64,000 bases of DNA, taken from a virus. How positions within the stretch are numbered: the stretch's first letter is position 1; each line of letters begins with the position of its first letter. Where the stretch lies: IMG/VR virus record IMGVR_UViG_3300047510_001751, positions 126,249-190,248 of that record. One strand, written 5' to 3'. The notes beneath the pieces were generated by a model. That model saw only the letters and a program-made list of their open reading frames with translations, did not search any database and was not told where the DNA came from. The position numbers and the translations under genes were made by a program. This document shows, one piece after another, positions 47,827 to 57,800 of the stretch.

Positions 47827-48077
47827 GATAAAAATACCTTGAGTGTTTGCCCTTTATCTTGTATTGAGACTTGTACATTAGAGCAGTCATATTCGGTATA
47901 CTCTCTTCCTTTTTTACCAATCACTTCCACACGGGTGACATTTGGAAATGATTCAATGGAATCGCCATCGGGGTAAACTTGTTTGTTTGCTGCTTCTCTT
48001 CGTGCTGCTTCTTCAAGCATTTCTTCGTGTGTCATAAATCCATCCATACAATTTAACCAAGGGGCATCATCAGACAT
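47823..48077 (-). CDS. Hypothetical protein
   Basis: VTRVEVI...GREY...SIQDKGQTLKVFL. Confidence 0.7.
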   Translation of the reverse strand: MSDDAPWLNCMDGFMTHEEMLEEAARREAANKQVYPDGDSIESFPNVTRVEVIGKKGREYTEYDCSNVQVSIQDKGQTLKVFLS

Positions 48078-48304
48078 TATACACCTGCCATCAGATCACT
48101 GACAATAAGGTTGACTTCCTCAAGAATTTCTTCTTTAAGCTGTTCATATTCAGTTTTGGGAACTTCTACGGGTTGAGTTTCTGGAGTTTCAGAAATCATC
48201 TTAAATTCCAACTTACTCAGTTTAGCATCAATCTCCATGACTTTGGAGTACAAATCTTGAAGATAAACGTCAAGAGCTTTGTCGTCAATAGTAACGTGAA
48301 TCAT
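48077..48304 (-). CDS. Hypothetical protein
   Basis: 75 aa, coupled. Confidence 0.6.
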   Translation of the reverse strand: MIHVTIDDKALDVYLQDLYSKVMEIDAKLSKLEFKMISETPETQPVEVPKTEYEQLKEEILEEVNLIVSDLMAGV

Positions 48305-48320
48305 AATAAAAATCCTTTGG

Positions 48321-48611
48321 TTAGATTACTTCAAAGCAAACGGAGTTAAACTTGCCTTTGACTCCTCTCAGCTCTATCTTAGTATGCTGAGAGTGGATGT
48401 CAACTCTTTCGACATAATACTTATCGCCCACAAACAGATGGGGATTTGGGTCATCACAATTTCCCCAATTGATTTGTGTCTGAGAGCAACCCAGAAACTT
48501 TACGGTATTTCCTGCTCTAATCATTTTCTTTGCCCACCCTAAATTTGGCCAAGTATCTCTATATATTTCGTTGAGTTTTTCGTTGTCATAATTCATCATC
48601 AAGCTCAACAT
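48321..48611 (-). CDS. Hypothetical protein
   Basis: QINWGNCDDP...HSQHTKIEL...FNSVCFE. Confidence 0.65.
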   Translation of the reverse strand: MLSLMMNYDNEKLNEIYRDTWPNLGWAKKMIRAGNTVKFLGCSQTQINWGNCDDPNPHLFVGDKYYVERVDIHSQHTKIELRGVKGKFNSVCFEVI

Positions 48612-48960
48612 CTTCTACAAGGTCTTTAAGACGATCAAAGAAATCTTCATCGAGTGGAATCAGTTTTTCTTCGCCACGATCAATACGATCCATCATTTGA
48701 AGAAGATCCTCAAGAAAAAACTTAGGATAACATTCATCTTCGCCAAGACTTACCCAAAACCATTCATAACATTCTGTAAAAGGGTCGTCAGTATGAAGAA
48801 GAGAATAATCTTTAAAATTATCCGTCATGAGATCACGCCAGATTTTAAATGCTCCATGAATGCTTTGCCAGCCACTCATCCAACAATGACCGATCCAATA
48901 TTCCCACCAGTTAAGCGTGAGTTTTTTCTTATCAGTACCAAGAACTGCTGTACTAAACAT
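48586..48960 (-). CDS. Hypothetical protein
   Basis: 124-aa Trp-rich ORF. Confidence 0.65.
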   Translation of the reverse strand: MFSTAVLGTDKKKLTLNWWEYWIGHCWMSGWQSIHGAFKIWRDLMTDNFKDYSLLHTDDPFTECYEWFWVSLGEDECYPKFFLEDLLQMMDRIDRGEEKLIPLDEDFFDRLKDLVEDVELDDEL

Positions 48961-49114
48961 AATTAGTTTTGAGTAGAAATAATTTTGTACATTTTCTCAT
49001 ACTTAACTTCAAGAAGTTCAATTAGATCAGAATCATCATATTCTTGAATTTCGTTGAGAATTTTTTTAGCATCTGATAAAGCTGTAAGTAACTTCAACAT
49101 TTTAAGGTGTTTCA

Positions 49115-49297
49115 TCAGTCCGAAGCTCTCCATTGTGTTGATAATGGAGAGCTTTGAAACTGCTCAACAGCTTCAAGAATCATTTTAGCAGATTCTTGAG
49201 CATCTGCTTCGTCCCAACCATCCTGTTGTTGCCCACTGATATAGTAAGCATACAAATGGTCTTTGATTGCATCCATTAGCTTGTCGTAACGAGTCAT
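49115..49297 (-). CDS. Hypothetical protein
   Basis: 60-aa ORF. Confidence 0.55.
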   Translation of the reverse strand: MTRYDKLMDAIKDHLYAYYISGQQQDGWDEADAQESAKMILEAVEQFQSSPLSTQWRASD

Positions 49298-49330
49298 AAC
49301 GAAATTTGCTGGTGTTCTTATTATAGGGGG

Positions 49331-49588
49331 CTATTGGTCGTCTGTCAAGGCGTCTCGTTCGATGTTGAGACGCTTTTCTAACTGTCTGGTCATTCGCTCG
49401 ACTCTCCATTTGAGAGTCCAACGTGGGATTGGGTTGATAGGGTGAAACCTGATGATCCACCACGCTCGCTTGAGTTGAACTCCAGCATAGCGAAACATCA
49501 GGTCTATAAATGTAACCACATTTCTATCTACTACCATCATATAAGCAATGATAGCAAAAACAGCAAATATGAGGTAGTAGTAAGTCAT
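49331..49588 (-). CDS. Membrane-anchored hypothetical protein
   Basis: N-terminal TM segment, HPINPI. Confidence 0.65.
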   Translation of the reverse strand: MTYYYLIFAVFAIIAYMMVVDRNVVTFIDLMFRYAGVQLKRAWWIIRFHPINPIPRWTLKWRVERMTRQLEKRLNIERDALTDDQ

Positions 49589-49589
49589 T

Positions 49590-50015
49590 TTATCTATTAT
49601 AGAAACGTCTATCGAATTTATCTTTCATCAAAGATGCTATATTTTCGAACCTAAGTTGACAAACATTAATCCACGATTGAATGTCAGTCAAATATTGGTT
49701 CATGTTTGAAATATTATCAACATACCATTGATTAGTTTCTTGTATATCAAAATACATTACATTATTTTTTGTAAATATTTGATTTAATTCAGAAGTGTAG
49801 TATATTTTACGATAACGGTAATCAATAAACTGAGTAAAGTTGTCAATTAAAATTTCAGATTCTACAGCTAATCTTAATCCTGTTAAATGATTAATAATAG
49901 CAATAGAATTATTTTCTACTATTTTATCATAACCAGAATAATCATACCCATTAATAGCAGATTCCAAATCTCTGGAAAATCTTTCTAATTTTTGTAATCC
50001 TTCTATTAGGGTCAT
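49590..50015 (-). CDS. Hypothetical protein (AT-rich)
   Basis: 141-aa ORF. Confidence 0.6.
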   Translation of the reverse strand: MTLIEGLQKLERFSRDLESAINGYDYSGYDKIVENNSIAIINHLTGLRLAVESEILIDNFTQFIDYRYRKIYYTSELNQIFTKNNVMYFDIQETNQWYVDNISNMNQYLTDIQSWINVCQLRFENIASLMKDKFDRRFYNR

Positions 50016-50030
50016 TTGATTGTTTTTTTA

Positions 50031-50288
50031 TTATTTATTTTGGGCTCCAACCTTTTTCATTTCCTTCGAGCAATCATTACAATAATAAGAAAATCCAGAT
50101 TTAAAAGCCTTTACTATTTGGTAATGATCTTTATCAAGTGGCTTTTCAATTCCACATCGAGAACAGATTCTAGTATCACCACTCATCTTTTTCCAACCTA
50201 CGAAGAAGTTTGAGTTCTTTATAGAGTTCTTTGATTTGCTGATAAGCTTCTTCTGGAGAAATTTTATCAGACACTTCAAGACCAGCAA
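50031..50288 (-). CDS. Small zinc-finger protein
   Basis: CSRC...YCNDC; true start probably the internal MSGDTRIC. Confidence 0.55.
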   Translation of the reverse strand: MLVLKCLIKFLQKKLISKSKNSIKNSNFFVGWKKMSGDTRICSRCGIEKPLDKDHYQIVKAFKSGFSYYCNDCSKEMKKVGAQNK

Positions 50289-50361
50289 TAAGAGCTACTT
50301 TATCCCCGAAGCGAGCAAGGGCTCGTTCGAAATGGGAAAGATTTTCGTACATAGAGTTACC

Positions 50362-51201
50362 TCAATCAAAAAACAATTCTAGCACACTTTTGGGTTTTGG
50401 CTTCGGATGTTCTGGTTTCTTGACAATAATTAGCTCTGTCTTGTCGTACCGTTTGGTTCCAGACATCTGGTAAGGAAACGTAAGATACTTAAACTCGGTC
50501 CAACCTTCATACAAGTTACGAACACTTTCGCTATTGTCATACGACATAACAAAGCCACCACGATGAGACTTTAAGATCTCAGCAAACTCTTCGTGATCAA
50601 ATGTTTTGTGGAGTTCGCCATCTTTGCCATAATAATGACTCACGGTTTCGTAGTATGGTGGATCGAGATACATGAAATCATCTACATGCTTAGGGATAGT
50701 ATCAAAGCAACTACCGTGACTGAAGCTAAAATTAGGATTATAGAACTTCCTGAGCTTCTCAATACCAACAAGACGAAACTCGGCACGAGAACGTACAGTG
50801 GAACATCCAATCTTACCGCTATAAGAACCCTTAATGGCAATATAAAATGCCCAAGCACGAGTAAACTTGTCCTCGTGATCAAGCAGTGGCAGGAAAGATT
50901 TGTAGTGATCGCTGTCCTCCAAGGGATAATGTTTGGACACTTCATCAGCAAGACGATCCCCCCCTTCACTTGTCAAAATTTCCCAGAAATCAGCAAGAGA
51001 ACGGAAAATATCATATGCTTGTACTTTGATTCCACGAGACGCTAAAAGCATCTCAACAGAACCACCTCCAAGAAAAGGAGAAACAACATAGTCTACCCCA
51101 GGATAAACATCCTTGATAATGTCAATGATCTCATTTTTCATCCTGTTCTTGCCACCAGCGTAGCGATACAGGGAATGGTTGGTCACTTTAGATGGGGCCA
51201 T
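50362..51201 (-). CDS. DNA N6-adenine methyltransferase, D12/Dam class
   Basis: YRYAGGK, SPFLGGGS, YLDPPY motifs in alpha-class order. Confidence 0.9.
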   Translation of the reverse strand: MAPSKVTNHSLYRYAGGKNRMKNEIIDIIKDVYPGVDYVVSPFLGGGSVEMLLASRGIKVQAYDIFRSLADFWEILTSEGGDRLADEVSKHYPLEDSDHYKSFLPLLDHEDKFTRAWAFYIAIKGSYSGKIGCSTVRSRAEFRLVGIEKLRKFYNPNFSFSHGSCFDTIPKHVDDFMYLDPPYYETVSHYYGKDGELHKTFDHEEFAEILKSHRGGFVMSYDNSESVRNLYEGWTEFKYLTFPYQMSGTKRYDKTELIIVKKPEHPKPKPKSVLELFFD

Positions 51202-52169
51202 GAATAGTTGTTTCGAACGATGCTGTTGTAAAACTTTTCCCTATTATAACCTGGATTGATGTGGTTTGACAACTCAATGATCTCCATGTTAAACAGGGCG
51301 TAGTCCTCACGCTGGATTTGACCGTTGAGGTAGTTGCTCCTGAACAGTCTAGCACACTGGTAAATCTCTCGTGCTAGGTCAGGATCTCCGAACAGGTGCT
51401 CGGCAGCTACGGTGTTGAGAATGTCCACATAGTTGCCTTGAGTGCCGCCTGCTCTTTTAATGCCAGAAGTTTTTCCAATACGAAATTCACTCAACGAAGA
51501 CATACCAATGTTACGCCACACATACTTATCGTATTTTGCTGTGGTACGAATGAGCCAATACTGACACAGTTCATGCTCACTCATCGAAAGAATTTCGGCT
51601 TTCATCTTATGATTACGCTTCACAGCGTCTTTCATAGATTTATACCAGATGTTATATTCCATCTCTCCCATTTCATATCGACGTTCACAACGTTCAATGA
51701 AATTTTTGGCAGACTGCTTCTTGTTTTCGTTGATGTTGGCAAGAACAAGAACAATATTCTCTGGACGATCTCCAGCAGCAGAATCAATATGCTCTACCTG
51801 AAAATCAAGAATGTGATACGGACCATCGCCACTGTAAGCACAGCAACGATCCTGGTTCAAATACATCTGAGTAATCATGATGCCTCTGGCTTCTGTAGGG
51901 TTAGCACCAGGAGCACTAATTGTGTCTGTAGCAGGATCGTAGTACCCAGCCAAAAGTTGCTGACCAGACTTACGAATATCTGCTTGCTCTTCTTTGGTGA
52001 AGGTAGCGTATGCTTGAGCAGCAGATTCCCAGGAAAAATCATTAACCTTAGCCTGGGAAATAATAGCATCGGCAGGACCAGTGATAATGTCCTTACGAGC
52101 AACTACACCTTCAAGTTGTTTGAAAGTAAGTAGCTGATCCTTGTAATCAATTGAACGTTTGAGAGTCAT
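51183..52169 (-). CDS. HNH endonuclease domain protein, 328 aa
   Basis: QDRCCAYSG...EHID...GD...NIVLV...N..K beta-beta-alpha-metal motif. Confidence 0.65.
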   Translation of the reverse strand: MTLKRSIDYKDQLLTFKQLEGVVARKDIITGPADAIISQAKVNDFSWESAAQAYATFTKEEQADIRKSGQQLLAGYYDPATDTISAPGANPTEARGIMITQMYLNQDRCCAYSGDGPYHILDFQVEHIDSAAGDRPENIVLVLANINENKKQSAKNFIERCERRYEMGEMEYNIWYKSMKDAVKRNHKMKAEILSMSEHELCQYWLIRTTAKYDKYVWRNIGMSSLSEFRIGKTSGIKRAGGTQGNYVDILNTVAAEHLFGDPDLAREIYQCARLFRSNYLNGQIQREDYALFNMEIIELSNHINPGYNREKFYNSIVRNNYSWPHLK

Positions 52170-53392
52170 CGTACATCAATGGCGGGTTGACCTTGAACAA
52201 AAATGGTGTCCACGACTTCTTCCAGACGACGCTGGGTTTTCTTGCCGTAGTTCTTGAAGACTGGCACAGTGACGAAACCAGTGGGCTTTCGGTACATAGC
52301 GAAGTTTCCTGCCTCAATCTTACCACAGGCAACGTCCTTGGCGTCGTCCTTGTTAAGACGGATGACACGACCAATGGTTTGTGCCATTTCCACAATTGGC
52401 AGGTTACGAAGCAGGATGGTGTGGGTCAGACCATGAACATTGATACCTTCAGACAGGATGCTGTAGTGAAAAATGATAAACTTACGGTTAGGATCTTGCC
52501 CCCAGGTGTTGAAGGTGTCGAAGAAAGTCTCACGATCAACTTTAGTTTGATTTACATAAGCACCAAACTTACTGGTGATATGAAGCACATCAAAACCACG
52601 CTCAGCCAGCTCAGAAAGGACGCTGGTACGGGCCAGCATCTGCCACAGTACCTTGCTGCTAGGAGCAGCCACAAGCACCTTCTGGGCGTTCCTAGAGTCC
52701 AGTCCGTCGATCATATCAATCAAGGTGCTAGCATCGTTGTCAGCAGCACTCAGACCCTTCTGGCGTTCAAAGTCAACCTCATGAATTTGAATCGTGGGAG
52801 GAAGGATGTTGCCTTGCTCAACCAGTTCAGGAGCAGAAATATTGGAGATAACCTGACCAAACACAATCTTGTTGTTCATGCCAGTGCCCAGCGAAGAACG
52901 ACGATGCTTGGGCGTGGCAGTAAAGTAATAGTAGTTGGTAGCATTACAGGATGCTACAGAATCAAAAAAGTCTACCCGTGTAGCGTTGTGTGCCTCATCG
53001 TAGTAAGCAACGTCAACATTAATTTCTGACTCGTTTACACGACGAAGCGAATTGTATGTAGTAAAAATGAGCTTATGATTATCAACAACTTTATTCCAAG
53101 CAGCAATCACACCAGGATTAGTAGTGCTCTTGTGGTGAGTCTCGCCACTGTGAACGTGAAGAACATTAGCGAAATCAATGTGCTCCAAAAACTCGCTAGA
53201 CAGTTGCTCTGCCAGGAGAATACGGGGGGCACAAATAAGAATGGTGAGAGGAGTGCTAGACTCGTTCATACGACGAATAGCATCATAAATCATGATGAGA
53301 GTCTTGCCAGCGCCAGTAGGAGCGATGATCTGCCCAAACTGGTGCTTGATCATGGCGGCAAGGCTCTGCTCTTGTTGAGGGCGGAGTTTCAT
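52166..53392 (-). CDS. SF2 (ResIII/DEAH-type) helicase
   Basis: APTGAGKT, YYDEAH, FTATP, ILSEGIN, QTIGRVIR. Confidence 0.9.
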   Translation of the reverse strand: MKLRPQQEQSLAAMIKHQFGQIIAPTGAGKTLIMIYDAIRRMNESSTPLTILICAPRILLAEQLSSEFLEHIDFANVLHVHSGETHHKSTTNPGVIAAWNKVVDNHKLIFTTYNSLRRVNESEINVDVAYYDEAHNATRVDFFDSVASCNATNYYYFTATPKHRRSSLGTGMNNKIVFGQVISNISAPELVEQGNILPPTIQIHEVDFERQKGLSAADNDASTLIDMIDGLDSRNAQKVLVAAPSSKVLWQMLARTSVLSELAERGFDVLHITSKFGAYVNQTKVDRETFFDTFNTWGQDPNRKFIIFHYSILSEGINVHGLTHTILLRNLPIVEMAQTIGRVIRLNKDDAKDVACGKIEAGNFAMYRKPTGFVTVPVFKNYGKKTQRRLEEVVDTIFVQGQPAIDVR

Positions 53393-53415
53393 GTCAAAGG
53401 CGTTTCAATACAGAT

Positions 53416-53474
53416 AGTATCTTATAAAAAATGGGGGTGGTCAACCCCCTTGTGCCAGTTAAGCAGGTGGTTCT
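53416..53474 (-). promoter_or_regulatory. Terminator-promoter-operator cassette at the late/early boundary
   Basis: Operator 53451-74; GGGGG-TTGACCA-CCCCC-ATTTTTT; -10 GATACT at 53416-21. Confidence 0.7.
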
Positions 53475-53848
53475 ACTGGGAGCGGTATCCTGTCAGAAAA
53501 TGATCGTAAATTATCATTTGAGTAAGCCAAATTGCCATTAGAAAATACTACAACTTGAACAAAATAATCTGGATCACCATCTCTGTTCATGGGAAAGTTT
53601 TCCACAGCAAAATCATAAGCAGTTTGCTCATCAGGAAATTCTACAAAGGTAAATTCGTTATAAAGAAATTTATCAAAAAGTTCTGGTGATTCTGGCTGAA
53701 AATTTTGATAATACATTGAATAAATTTGATTTGCTTTTTCAGCATCATCTACATTATCTGGTCCGATGGTTCTAAGAATCATCATGGTCTTTTGTTGTGA
53801 TTCTGTATAATATTCAATCCATCCCAAAAAATCTCTAACTACCATCAT
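53459..53848 (-). CDS. Hypothetical protein (tail-fibre associated operon)
   Basis: 129 aa, ATGA-coupled to the upstream gene. Confidence 0.65.
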   Translation of the reverse strand: MMVVRDFLGWIEYYTESQQKTMMILRTIGPDNVDDAEKANQIYSMYYQNFQPESPELFDKFLYNEFTFVEFPDEQTAYDFAVENFPMNRDGDPDYFVQVVVFSNGNLAYSNDNLRSFSDRIPLPVEPPA

Positions 53849-54786
53849 TCTGCCTCCTGTATTTTAACTTTTTTAAACTCTTCCATATCTTTAATTAAAT
53901 TATACTTTGTAACGAGGTTGGACATTGTTGGACTGAGTTTAAATCCTTGTTCTTCATATTCATGTACCAAATCACCAAATTTAATGTATTGATTCATAAG
54001 TTCTTGAGACTTTTTAGGATCCAAGAAATCAGGATTAGAAACAAACTGATCGTCTGTTTCCAAATACTTCACTTCAAATTCAGGATATTTTCCATAGTAT
54101 TGATCTGGTCTAATCGGCCATTTCATTTCTTCCAGCCAAATAAGATAATCTAGAGAATCTTCAAAGTCTGATGGCAATTTGTTTAGTTCACGAATTTTAG
54201 ATCTCCACAATACCCACATTTTACGCTCATTTTCAAATACTTCTGGAGCATCTGGCAAAATTCTCCAGTCAGTGTCTCTTAATAGTTTTTCGATAAAATC
54301 AATATTTTCTTTATTAAATTGTGTTAGATAATATGATTTCTTTGATAGTTCAAGATAGTCTTTTAAATTACTATAATTTTTAACTTCAGTATCAACAACA
54401 ATTGCTGTATTTAAAACATTATATAATTCTTTTGCTTGTTCTACAGTTAAAAAATCTGAAGTATATTGAATCCATTTTGTACTTTTAGTGGGAAAATCAT
54501 ACTTCATTTTTTCCTTTTCAAGAATATATTCGCCACTTTCGTAAATAGCAAATAATATAATTCTATCGTTATCATTAGACCATTCGTTGGGAATGTTTGC
54601 TAAAATATTTTGATTGATAGCATCACTAATTACTACAGTATTATATACATACTGACCATCATCATCTTTTGTTCTCAAAAGAATCAATCGATTTTTAGCA
54701 TCATACTCTAAGATTGTTTTTTTCTCGTCTGGAGAAGGCAATCTTTCAAACACAAAGTCGTCAGGATTAAATTTTAATTTTCCCAT
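53845..54786 (-). CDS. Tail fibre assembly chaperone-like protein
   Basis: LLRDTDWRILPDAP...W..WRSKIRELNKLP, phage tail assembly chaperone motif; directly after the fibre gene. Confidence 0.65.
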   Translation of the reverse strand: MGKLKFNPDDFVFERLPSPDEKKTILEYDAKNRLILLRTKDDDGQYVYNTVVISDAINQNILANIPNEWSNDNDRIILFAIYESGEYILEKEKMKYDFPTKSTKWIQYTSDFLTVEQAKELYNVLNTAIVVDTEVKNYSNLKDYLELSKKSYYLTQFNKENIDFIEKLLRDTDWRILPDAPEVFENERKMWVLWRSKIRELNKLPSDFEDSLDYLIWLEEMKWPIRPDQYYGKYPEFEVKYLETDDQFVSNPDFLDPKKSQELMNQYIKFGDLVHEYEEQGFKLSPTMSNLVTKYNLIKDMEEFKKVKIQEAE

Positions 54787-54811
54787 TGCTGTAGTTTTTT
54801 TAATATTTAGT

Positions 54812-57800
54812 TTAATATGCCTTGATCATCCACCTTACTTTTGTATATGGCGTCACCAAAGGAACTAAATCATTTGGAGCAAATGCTGGGGTAGGAATCA
54901 ACTGCTTACCAAATCCTAAAGTAAAGGTTCCAGGGAATACTTCAAGACCAACCTGACCAGCTGTAAATGTAACAGCTACAGAAGAATCTGAAGGAGCGCC
55001 ACCAAACGATGTTCCACCGCCTGAGCTATTGCCATAAGAAAATACACCATTGATATTAGTAATAGCAGAAAGAGATAGATAGTGTGAGTGAGATAATTTT
55101 TCAACTGGACTAAATTTACTAACACTCACAAATCTTCTTGGAATTGTTACAGATCCGATCCATCTCAAATTATTTCCAGATGTGGTATCTGCTGGTAGAG
55201 CATTTTGATCTACATAATTATAAATTTCAGAAAATTGTGCTGAGTTAGGTTGTTGAATAGTGATACTGTTCCATATTTCAGCCTCTTTAGGACTACCACA
55301 ACTTACAGTAAAGACAAAGTTAAACAAACACTCAACTGTGCTGCTTGAAGGACCAGGATCTGTATTTGGATTTAAGAAATTTCCTCTATAAGTGCTTTCA
55401 GCACAATTTCCATACTCTCCAATTTCTCTACCCCAAACAGTTCCATACGTAGCAATTGGATTTGTTGTTCTAATAGTATTCGCTGAATCATCACTATTAG
55501 ATGGGTCTCCAATTAATTGATACGATGATCCAGTATGGTATCCCCACAAATTAAGTGAGGCTGATCCTTCTAATGGAGGAAAAGCATCAGTTCCAGATTT
55601 TTGCCCAATATTAACTGCTCCTGGAGCACCACCTTGGCTTCCCCAAGAAACACGACCTTTGAAACTACCAGCATCTGCTTGTCCAGCTACAAGATCATGT
55701 GTGTGGAATGGAGCACTAAACAGTTTTGTTTCTTTTAAAGAAACATTTCCTGATACTTGTCCGCTGGTTAAAAATTCAACGGTATCACTAACTTCGCTAT
55801 ATCCAGTGGTTGTAATTTGAGCGATAGCAAAGAATTGGCTATCTTGTGCTGGCTGACCTGTTGCTGGGGTTTCTACTTGCTCAAGTTCATCAACACCAGG
55901 ATCAGCAATAGTATCAATATACCACATACCACCAAATGATCCAGGAACAAAAGCAGAACCATTACCTTTTTGTTTAGCTGGTCCATACTCAGGGGTAACA
56001 ATAGGAGAAGCAGGAGATTGATTATCTACGTTTCCAACACCCAAAAGTTTCCTGTTTCTCATATCAGGAACTCTAAATTCTCCACTAAGGTTAGCTCCAA
56101 AAGTATTTCCAATTACATCATACAACAATGGATAATCATTTGGAGAAACAAATCTACCATCACAATAAATCCAACTTGGAAATCTAGAATTTGCTTTACC
56201 ATTTAACTTGTCGTCAGAAATACCCCACCCGTCTTCTTGAGTATTATCTCTAAAGACAGGCATGATAGAGCCAACGGGCATACCATCAAATTTGGTATTA
56301 AACTTAATTTGATCACTTCCTAATACCTTGATAACAAAAGGACTACTGTAGTATTGTCCAAAAATTGGCTCTGGTGCTGGTCCTGGTGTAGTTACAGCAA
56401 AAGAAGTATTATATGATCCAACATATACATTTGTTGATAATGTAAAAGCATCAATCTCACTAGATTTTAATCTGACTTGAACTGTATTTCCATTAGCTAC
56501 AGTACCAGGATTTGTTGCTGTTAATAATTGGAAACTTCCTCCGTTAATACTAATCAAACCACCACCAGTAGAAAAAATACTAACAGATTGTCCCAATCCA
56601 CTAATAGTAATAACTTCCGAATCCGTAAATACACCTGGACCAGTGGCTAAAATAGGAGTAAACAAGAATGGAACTGGAGAAGTACCAAGCTGACCTTTGT
56701 TTGTAACAGTCCAAGTAGTGCTATAAGTTCCTACCGTCACCACAAATTGTTTTGCTTCGCCAGTAAGACTACTAGTAGTATATTGTAATTGAATACTATC
56801 TAAATTATTTACTGTAAATGTTGTTGTGTTACCAACTGGTGCTATTGGATTAGCCGTATCAGCATTGATAATTACCGAAGCTCCCCCCGTTACTGTAGCA
56901 GTAATAGGTGTATCAATACCCTGAATAGTTCTGGTGTTACTAGAAACTAAAGTATTTAATTCTTGATTTGATAAATCAGTAAAAATAAATCCAATTGGCG
57001 TAGTATCTTTTTGTTTTTCTGTTCTAACTTCCCATTCCACTGCTGATCCAGTGCCAACGATAACATCAGTAAACAATGATGTCAAATAATCTGGCGACGA
57101 TAATAATCTGACTCTAAATCCCTGTCCATTAGAAATTTGTCGAGGAGAATTTTGATAAGTATCACAAACTCCTCCAGTACAAATAGCAATTTGAGCAGAA
57201 TTTGAAGCAGTTATACTTACAGCAGTGTTAATTCCAGATATTGTTACAATATCACTTTCAACTAAAGTATTAATTAATTGATCTATTTTATCAGGAATAA
57301 TGAAAGGAGCAGGTGTATTGTCTGGTGGTTCCCCAGTATTAACATTAAAGAATGACGTTACATTACCAATAGTTACGTTTGCTCTATAGGTAGTAAAGAA
57401 ATCATTGCCAGTTGTGAACCTTACTTGTACGTAACCTTCATTGAAAATTGTAGCAGATTGCCCCCATGCTCCACAAGTGTTTGGATCATCTGGATTACAT
57501 GTTCTTACTTGAGCATTATTTCCAGACAATGTGGATACAACTCCACCAGTAATACCAAAAATTTGAACTTTTTCTGAAGTGTATTGAGTAGCAGGTAAAG
57601 CATTATCTACTTCAGGGAAAAAGAATGGTTCTGGTGTAATATCTTGTGGAGCATAATTCAACATTACATAACCAAATTCTTGTGGTCCAGCGCCAAAGCT
57701 TAAGTTGGTAGTTTCAGTAATAATCGTGTATGCTGAATTATAATAAGCACCGCCAGTAGTGCCACCTAGAGCATCAAGGTCTGTAGTTTGAATTACATTA

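Larger units (their letters stand above)
22478..53474. repeat. Dispersed 24-bp palindromic operator, 16 copies (TGTGMCAGTT-N4-AACTGKCACA consensus)
   Basis: Starts at 22478, 22751, 23307, 24107, 24572, 24899, 25739, 26012, 26725, 26822, 27608, 29747, 35443, 36000, 43313, 53451; several copies are degenerate. Confidence 0.8.

Noticed and set aside
22478-53474. Operator as a CRP or NtcA site
   Set aside because: Half-sites and spacing (TGTGMCA-N10-TGKCACA) fit neither TGTGA-N6-TCACA nor GTA-N8-TAC, and the centre near -54 differs from the -41.5 class II position.
26415-53606. Isolated TTTTCCACA 9-mers at 26415, 34518 and 53598
   Set aside because: Single copies inside coding sequence that read Val-Glu-Asn codons on the coding strand; explainable by chance and codon usage, unlike the intergenic cluster at 26755-27023.
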